In this document: positions 55,701 to 64,000 of the stretch, in pieces
Position numbering within the stretch: the first letter of the stretch is position 1
Layout of the letters: every line of letters begins with the position of its first letter
Assembly (NCBI GenBank): GCA_964016885.1
Contig: OZ024741.1
Coordinates: 355,136,001-355,200,000 of the forward strand
From: Eledone cirrhosa
Lineage: Eukaryota
Reading direction: 5' to 3'
DNA: 64,000 nt
Translations under genes and position numbers: made by a program
Notes under the pieces: generated by a model
What the model was told of the DNA's origin: nothing
The model's input: the letters and a program-made list of their open reading frames with translations, nothing else
Databases searched by the model: none

Positions 55701-58700
55701 ATTCAATTGTCACTGGGAACCACCAATCTAGGTAATTCAGAGATTCAATTGTCACTGGGAACCACCAATCTAGGTAATTCAGTGATTCAATTGTCACTGG
55801 GAACCACCAATCTAGGTAATTCAGAGATTCAATTGTCACTGGGAACCACCAATCTAGGTAATTCAGAGATTCAATTGTCACTGGGAACCACCAATCTAGG
55901 TAATTCAGAGATTCAATTGTCACTGGGAACCACCAATCTAGGTAATTCAGTGATTCAATTGTCACTGGGAACCACCAGTCTAGTTAATTCAGTGATTCGA
56001 TTGTCACTGGGAACCACCAATCTAGGTAATTCAGTGATTCAATTGTCACTGGGAACCACCAATCTAGGTAATTCAGTGATTCAATTGTCACTGGGAACCA
56101 CCAATCTAGGTAATTCAGAGATTCAACTGTCACTGGGAACCACCAGTCTAGGTAATTCAGAGATTCAACTGTCACTGGGAACCACCAATCTAGGTAATTC
56201 AGAGATTCAACTGTCACTGGGAACCACCAATCTAGGTAATTCAGAGATTCAACTATCACTGGGAACCACCAATCTAGGTAATTCAGAGATTCAACTATCA
56301 CTGGGAACCACCAATCTAGGTAATTCAGAGATTCAACTGTCACTGGGAACCACCAATCTAGGTAATTCAGAGATTGAACTATCACTGGGAACCACCAATC
56401 TAGGTAATTCAGTGATTCAACTGTCACTGGGAACCACCAATCTAGGTAATTCAGAGATTCAACTATCACTGGGAACCACCAATCTAGGTAATTCAGAGAT
56501 TGAACTATCACTGGGAACCACCAATCTAGGTAATTCAGTGATTCAACTATCACTGGGAACCACCAATCTAGGTAATTCAGTGATTCAACTGTCACTGGGA
56601 ACCACCAATCTAGGTAATTCAGAGATTCAACTGTCACTGGGAACCACCAATCTAGGTAATTCAGAGATTGAACTATCACTGGGAACCACCAATCTAGGTA
56701 ATTCAGTGATTCAACTGTCACTGGGAACCACCAATCTAGGTAATTCAGTGATTCAACTATCACTGGGAACCACCAATCTAGGTAATTCAGAGATTCAACT
56801 GTCACTGGGAACCACCAATCTAGGTAATTCAGAGATTCAATTGTCACTGGGAACCACCAATCTAGGTAATTCAGAGATTCAATTGTCACTGGGAACCACC
56901 AATCTAGGTAATTCAGAGATTCAACTGTCACTGGGAACCACCAATCTAGGTAATTCAGAGATTCAATTGTCACTGGGAACCACCAATCTAGGTAATTCAG
57001 AGATTCAATTGTCACTGGGAACCACCAATCTAGGTAATTCAGTGATTCAACTATCACTGGGAACCACCAATCTAGGTAATTCAGTGATTCAACTATCACT
57101 GGGAACCACCAATCTAGGTAATTCAGAGATTCAATTGTCACTGGGAACCACCAATCTAGGTAATTCAGAGATTCAATTGTCACTAGGAACCACCAATCTA
57201 GGTAATTCAGTGATTCAACTATCACTAGGAACCACCAATCTAGGTAATTCAGTGATTCAATTGTCACTGGGAACCACCAATCTAGGTAATTCAGAGATTC
57301 AATTGTCACTAGGAACCACCAATCTAGTTAATTCAGAGATTCAACTGTCACTGGGAACCACCAATCTAGGTAATTCAGAGATTCAATTGTCACTAGGAAC
57401 CACCAGTCTAGGTAATTCAGAGATTCAACTATCACTAGGAACCACCAATCTAGTTAATTCAGAGATTCAACTGTCACTAGGAACCACCAATCTAGGTAAT
57501 TCAGAGATTCAACTATCACTAGGAACCACCAATCTAGTTAATTCAGAGATTCAATTGTCACTGGGAACCACCAATCTAGGTAATTCAGTGATTCAATTGT
57601 CACTGGGAACCACCAATCTAGGTAATTCAGAGATTCAACTATCACTGGGAACCACCAATCTAGGTAATTCAGAGATTCAACTGTCACTGGGAACCACCAA
57701 TCTAGGTAATTCAGAGATTCAATTGTCACTGGGAACCACCAATCTAGGTAATTCAGAGATTCAACTATCACTGGGAACCACCAATCTAGGTAATTCAGAG
57801 ATTCAACTATCACTGGGAACCACCAATCTAGGTAATTCAGTGATTCAATTGTCACTGGGAACCACCAATCTAGGTAATTCAGAGATTCAACTGTCACTGG
57901 GAACCACCAATCTAGGTAATTCAGAGATTCAACTGTCACTGGGAACCACCAATCTAGGTAATTCAGAGATTCAATTGTCACTGGGAACCACCAATCTAGG
58001 TAATTCAGAGATTCAACTGTCACTGGGAACCACCAATCTAGGTAATTCAGAGATTCAACTGTCACTGGGAACCACCAATCTAGGTAATACAGAGATTCAA
58101 CTGTCACTGGGAACCACCAATCTAGGTAATTCAGAGATTCAACTGTCACTGGGAACCACCAATCTAGGTAATTCAGAGATTCAACTATCACTGGGAACCA
58201 CCAATCTAGGTAATTCAGAGATTCAACTGTCACTGGGAACCACCAATCTAGGTAATTCAGAGATTCAATTGTCACTGGGAACCACCAATCTAGGTAATTC
58301 AGAGATTCAACTGTCACTGGGAACCACCAATCTAGGTAATTCAGTGATTCAATTGTCACTGGGAACCACCAATCTAGGTAATTCAGAGATTCAACTATCA
58401 CTGGGAACCACCAATCTAGGTAATTCAGAGATTCAACTGTCACTAGGAACCACCAGTCTAGTTAATTCAGTGATTCAATTGTCACTGGGAACCACCAATC
58501 TAGGTAATTCAGAGATTCAATTGTCACTGGGAACCACCAATCTAGGTAATTCAGAGATTCAACTATCACTGGGAACCACCAATCTAGGTAATTCAGTGAT
58601 TCAATTGTCACTGGGAACCACCAATCTAGGTAATTCAGAGATTCAACTATCACTGGGAACCACCAATCTAGGTAATTCAGAGATTCAATTGTCACTGGGA

Positions 58701-61700
58701 ACCACCAATCTAGGTAATTCAGAGATTCAACTATCACTGGGAACCACCAATCTAGGTAATTCAGAGATTCAATTGTCACTGGGAACCACCAATCTAGGTA
58801 ATTCAGAGATTCAACTATCACTGGGAACCACCAATCTAGGTAATTCAGAGATTCAACTATCACTGGGAACCACCAATCTAGGTAATTCAGAGATTCAACT
58901 GTCACTAGGAACCACCAATCTAGGTAATTCAGTGATTCAATTGTCACTGGGAACCACCAATCTAGGTAATTCAGAGATTCAATTGTCACTGGGAACCACC
59001 AATCTAGGTAATTCAGAGATTCAACTATCACTGGGAACCACCAATCTAGTTAATTCAGTGATTCAATTGTCACTGGGAACCACCAATCTAGGTAATTCAG
59101 AGATTCAATTGTCACTGGGAACCACCAATCTAGGTAATTCAGAGATTCAACTATCACTGGGAACCACCAATCTAGTTAATTCAGTGATTCAATTGTCACT
59201 GGGAACCACCAATCTAGGTAATTCAGAGATTCAATTGTCACTGGGAACCACCAATCTAGGTAATTCAGAGATTCAACTATCACTGGGAACCACCAATCTA
59301 GGTAATTCAGTGATTCAATTGTCACTGGGAACCACCAATCTAGGTAATTCAGAGATTCAATTATCACTGGGAACCACCAATCTAGGTAATTCAGAGATTC
59401 AACTATCACTGGGAACCACCAATCTAGTTAATTCAGTGATTCAATTGTCACTGGGAACCACCAATCTAGGTAATTCAGAGATTCAATTGTCACTGGGAAC
59501 CACCAATCTAGGTAATTCAGAGATTCAACTATCACTGGGAACCACCAATCTAGGTAATTCAGAGATTCAACTGTCACTGGGAACCATCAGTCTAGTTAAT
59601 TCAGAGATTCAACTGTCACTGGGAACCACCAATCTAGGTAATTCAGAGATTCAATTGTCACTGGGAACCACCAATCTAGGTAATTCAGAGATTCAATTGT
59701 CACTGGGAACCACCAATCTAGGTAATTCAGAGATTCAATTGTCACTAGGAACCACCAATCTAGGTAATTCAGAGATTCAATTGTCACTGGGAACCACCAA
59801 TCTAGGTAATTCACAGATTCAACTGTCACTGGGAACCACCAATCTAGGTAATTCAGTGATTCAACTGTCACTGGGAACCACCAATCTAGGTAATTCAGAG
59901 ATTCAATTGTCACTGGGAACCACCAATCTAGGTAATTCAGAGATTCAATTGTCACTAGGAACCACCAATCTAGGTAATTCAGAGATTCAACTGTCACTGG
60001 GAACCACCAATCTAGGTAATTCAGAGATTCAACTGTCACTGGGAACCACCAATCTAGGTAATTCAGAGATTCAATTGTCACTAGACTAGGAAACACCAGT
60101 CTAGTTAATTCAGTGATTCAACTGTCACTGGGAACCACCAATCTAGGTAATTCACAGATTCAACTGTCACTGGGAACCACCAATCTAGGTAATTCAGTGA
60201 TTCAACTGTCACTGGGAACCACCAATCTAGGTAATTCAGAGATTCAACTATCACTGGGAACCACCAATCTAGGTAATTCAGAGATTCAACTGTCACTGGG
60301 AACCACCAATCTAGGTAATTCAGAGATTCAACTATCACTGGGAACCACCAATCTAGGTAATTCAGAGATTCAACTGTCACTGGGAACCACCAATCTAGGT
60401 AATTCAGAGATTCAACTATCACTGGGAACCACCAATCTAGGTAATTCAGAGATTCAACTGTCACTGGGAACCACCAATCTAGGTAATTCAGAGATTCAAC
60501 TATCACTGGGAACCACCAATCTAGGTAATTCAGAGATTCAAATGTCACTGGGAACCACCAATCTAGTTAATTCAGAGATTCAACTATCACTGGGAACCAC
60601 CAATCTAGGTAATTCACAGATTCAACTGTCACTGGGAACCACCAATCTAGTTAATTCAGAGATTCAACTATCACTGGGAACCACCAATCTAGTTAATTCA
60701 GAGATTCAACTATCACTGGGAACCACCAATCTAGGTAATTCAGAGATTCAACTATCACTGGGAACCACCAATCTAGTTAATTCAGAGATTCAACTATCAC
60801 TGGGAACCACCAATCTAGTTAATTCAGAGATTCAACTATCACTGGGAACCACCAATCTAGTTAATTCAGAGATTCAACTATCACTGGGAACCACCAATCT
60901 AGGTAATTCAGAGATTCAACTATCACTGGGAACCACCAATCTAGTTAATTCAGAGATTCAACTATCACTGGGAACCACCAATCTAGTTAATTCAGAGATT
61001 CAACTATCACTGGGAACCACCAATCTAGGTAATTCAGAGATTCAACTGTCACTGGGAACCACCAATCTAGGTAATTCAGTGATTCAATTGTCACTGGGAA
61101 CCACCAATCTAGGTAATTCAGAGATTCAATTGTCACTGGGAACCACCAATCTCGGTAATTCAGAGATTCAACTGTCACTAGGAACCACCAGTCTAGGTAA
61201 TTCAGTGATTCAATTGTCACTGGGAACCACCAATCTCGGTAATTCAGAGATTCAACTGTCACTGGGAACCACCAATCTAGGTAATTCAGAGATTCAACTG
61301 TCACTAGGAACCACCAGTCTAGGTAATTCAGAGATTCAATTGTCACTGGGAACCACCAATCTCGGTAATTCAGAGATTCAACTGTCACTAGGAACCACCA
61401 GTCTAGTTAATTCAGTGATTCAATTGTCACTGGGAACCACCAATCTAGGTAATTCAGTGATTCAATTGTCACTGGGAACCACCAATCTAGGTAATTCAGA
61501 GATTCAACTGTCACTAGGAACCACCAGTCTAGTTAATTCAGTGATTCAATTGTCACTGGGAACCACCAATCTAGGTAATTCAGAGATTCAACTGTCACTA
61601 GGAACCACCAGTCTAGGTAATTCAGTGATTCAATTGTCACTGGGAACCACCAATCTCGGTAATTCAGAGATTCAACTGTCACTAGGAACCACCAGTCTAG

Positions 61701-62369
61701 TTAATTCAGTGATTCAATTGTCACTGGGAACCACCAATCTAGGTAATTCAGTGATTCAATTGTCACTGGGAACCACCAATCTAGGTAATTCAGAGATTCA
61801 ACTGTCACTAGGAACCACCAGTCTAGTTAATTCAGTGATTCAATTGTCACTGGGAACCACCAATCTAGGTAATTCAGAGATTCAACTGTCACTAGGAACC
61901 ACCAGTCTAGGTAATTCAGTGATTCAATTGTCACTGGGAACCACCAATCTAGGTAATTCAGAGATTCAACTGTCACTAGGAACCACCAGTCTAGTTAATT
62001 CAGTGATTCAATTGTCACTGGGAACCACCAATCTAGGTAATTCAGAGATTCAACTGTCACTAGGAACCACCAGTCTAGTTAATTCAGTGATTCAATTGTC
62101 ACTGGGAACCACCAATCTAGGTAATTCAGAGATTCAACTGTCACTAGGAACCACCAGTCTAGTTAATTCAGTGATTCAATTGTCACTGGGAACCACCAAT
62201 CTAGGTAATTCAGAGATTCAACTGTCACTAGGAACCACCAGTCTAGTTAATTCAGTGATTCAATTGTCACTGGGAACCACCAATCTAGGTAATTCAGAGA
62301 TTCAACTGTCACTAGGAACCACCAGTCTAGTTAATTCAGTGATTCAATTGTCACTGGGAACCACCAATC
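49750..62369. repeat. 42-bp minisatellite, ~300 copies
   Basis: Unit gggaaccaccaatctaggtaattcagagattcaactgtcact; one aberrant unit at ~60081-60100. Confidence 0.98.
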
Positions 62370-62571
62370 AAAGCAAAACCCAGCACAATTTGAAAAAGAA
62401 TGAAAGGGAACATCAACTATAATAATAGCCAATGTGAGTATATTTATTTATATATTTGTAGGTCACTCACTGAAAGGAAGATGGCTGGGGGGGGGGGGGG
62501 GGGACAAACTATAGAAAACAGCGACCAGTGTTCTAAGATGCGTTACACTTGTGTGAGTATATGTGTAGCAA

Positions 62572-62962
62572 ATTGGCTTGGAAGTATCGGTAGAGGGTCG
62601 GACGACATGCTTTGACGCATAGAGTTATGGCCCTTGCCATTCTGAATTCAAATCCCGCCGAGGTTAACTTTGTCTTTCATCCTTACGGGGTCGATAAAAT
62701 AAAGTACCAGTAATGCACTGAGTAATTGCTGGCCTTGTGCCAAAAGTAAAAACAATTATTAACTTTGAAAATGGTGGATTGGCAGTATCGGTAGAGGGTC
62801 GGACGCCATGCTTTGCCGCATAGAGTTACGGCCCTTGCCATTCTGAGTTCAAATCCCGCCAAGGTTAACTTTGCCTTTCATCCTTACGGGGTCGATAAAA
62901 TAAAGTACCAGTAATGCACTGGGTAATTGCTGGCCTTGTGCCAAAAGGCGAAACAATTATTA
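62572..62962 (+). mobile_element. Two tandem young SINE copies (same family as 1585-2425)
   Basis: A-box tggcagtatcgg, B-box gagttcaaatc, tttcatccttacggggtcgataaaataaagtaccag; period ~200 bp. Confidence 0.85.
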
Positions 62963-63511
62963 ACTTTGAAAATAATCAAGAATTTGGAGGGAGTTAGTAA
63001 TATAACTAACTTTTCATTATCAACATCACTTAAAGGTTCTTACATAAAGTTATGATGGAAAGAAAGACTTTAGTAAGATAGAAACATTTTAAAATAAATA
63101 GCTTAGTATCTCTGCAAAACCAAAAGCAATTTCAGGTGGTTTGGTATTCAAGTGCTTGTCTGTTAGTACTTTGACACAGTTAACTGTATGAGAACATCTG
63201 AATAAAGGAATGAGTAAAACTAAAACACTTTAAAAAAAAATTGGAATATGAAGAGAGTAGGGGTAGAGACAGAACGAAAAGCAAAGAATTCAAAGAATAT
63301 AAAAATATTTTGTTGTTGTTGTTGTTTTTAAATTGAAGGAAAGAAAAAAAAAATGAAAATAAGATTCTTGAAAGAAATTCCACCAAATAGTTGGAAACAT
63401 TAAATCTGAAATTCCTAATTGGGCATATAAATGATGATGATGAATTATATAAATGACAGTCTAACTCATGCTAGCATGGAAAAATTGATGTAAAATGGTG
63501 ATGATGATGAT

Positions 63512-63700
63512 GTGCATAAAGAAATGCAGAGAAACCCCATGGCTGGAACCCTCAGAAGAAGCAGGCCCAGAAAAGTATGGGATGAGATTGTGAAGGCTGA
63601 CCTTAAAAAACTAAACTTCACATCGGAAATAACCAAGGACCATGAGAGCTGGCACTATGCTGTGCTGAAGAAGCCCCAACCTACAGCAACCATGTGACCT
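63512..63700 (+). mobile_element. RTE ORF C-terminal fragment, preceded by an RTE tail (~63458-63511)
   Basis: GTLRRSRPRKVWDEIVKADLKKLN...TKDHESWHYAVLKK. Confidence 0.7.
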
Positions 63701-64000
63701 GACTTATCCCTATGCCCCCCCCCCCCTTCACTAGCAGTTATTCTCAACATCACTACACCACCCTCACCAGCCATCCCTCCCAGCACTCACGCCTAGCTGC
63801 TGCCCCCTTAAAAGTCTCTAGACTCCTTCACTATCATACTCTTGTAGCCACTCTCCTCACTCTTATACACACCACTCCTTCCTCTTCCACTAGCACTCCC
63901 TAGCACCTATCCTTACCATCACTACATGCTCCCTCTTGTATTCATCCCTTAGCTGCTGTCTCCTTCACACCAAAAAAAAAAAAAAAAACCCTTAGATACC

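Noticed and set aside
49750-62369. CRISPR-like appearance of the regular 42-bp array
   Set aside because: Contiguous units with no unique spacers, no cas genes, and a eukaryotic context.

Overview
Eukaryotic, AT-rich, repeat-dominated DNA. The SINE and LINE families point to an octopod cephalopod (inference), and I can support no host protein-coding exon. The core (~14.4-39.8 kb) is a (TA)n/(TATACA)n microsatellite nest. It holds three RTE-clade LINEs: one near full length with a 13x202-bp repeat on its 5' side, and all carrying a PHD finger inside the RT region. It also holds Tx1 and RTE fragments and several non-coding inserts. The flanks carry tRNA-derived SINEs, a hAT deletion derivative with a perfect 8-bp TSD, a Penelope-like RT remnant, a degenerate Tx1 LINE and a 12.6-kb 42-bp minisatellite that is stop-free in one frame. 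Most notable are hidden self-cleaving RNA motifs. A 3.2-copy, ~557-bp tandem array (19681-21481) carries one type I hammerhead ribozyme per monomer (retrozyme-like). An unrelated insert (28261-28780, minus strand) carries a type I hammerhead with a compensatory U3-A8 core. Both have palindromic stem III and an extended stem II. Ribozyme calls come from manual base-pairing and have not been tested for activity.
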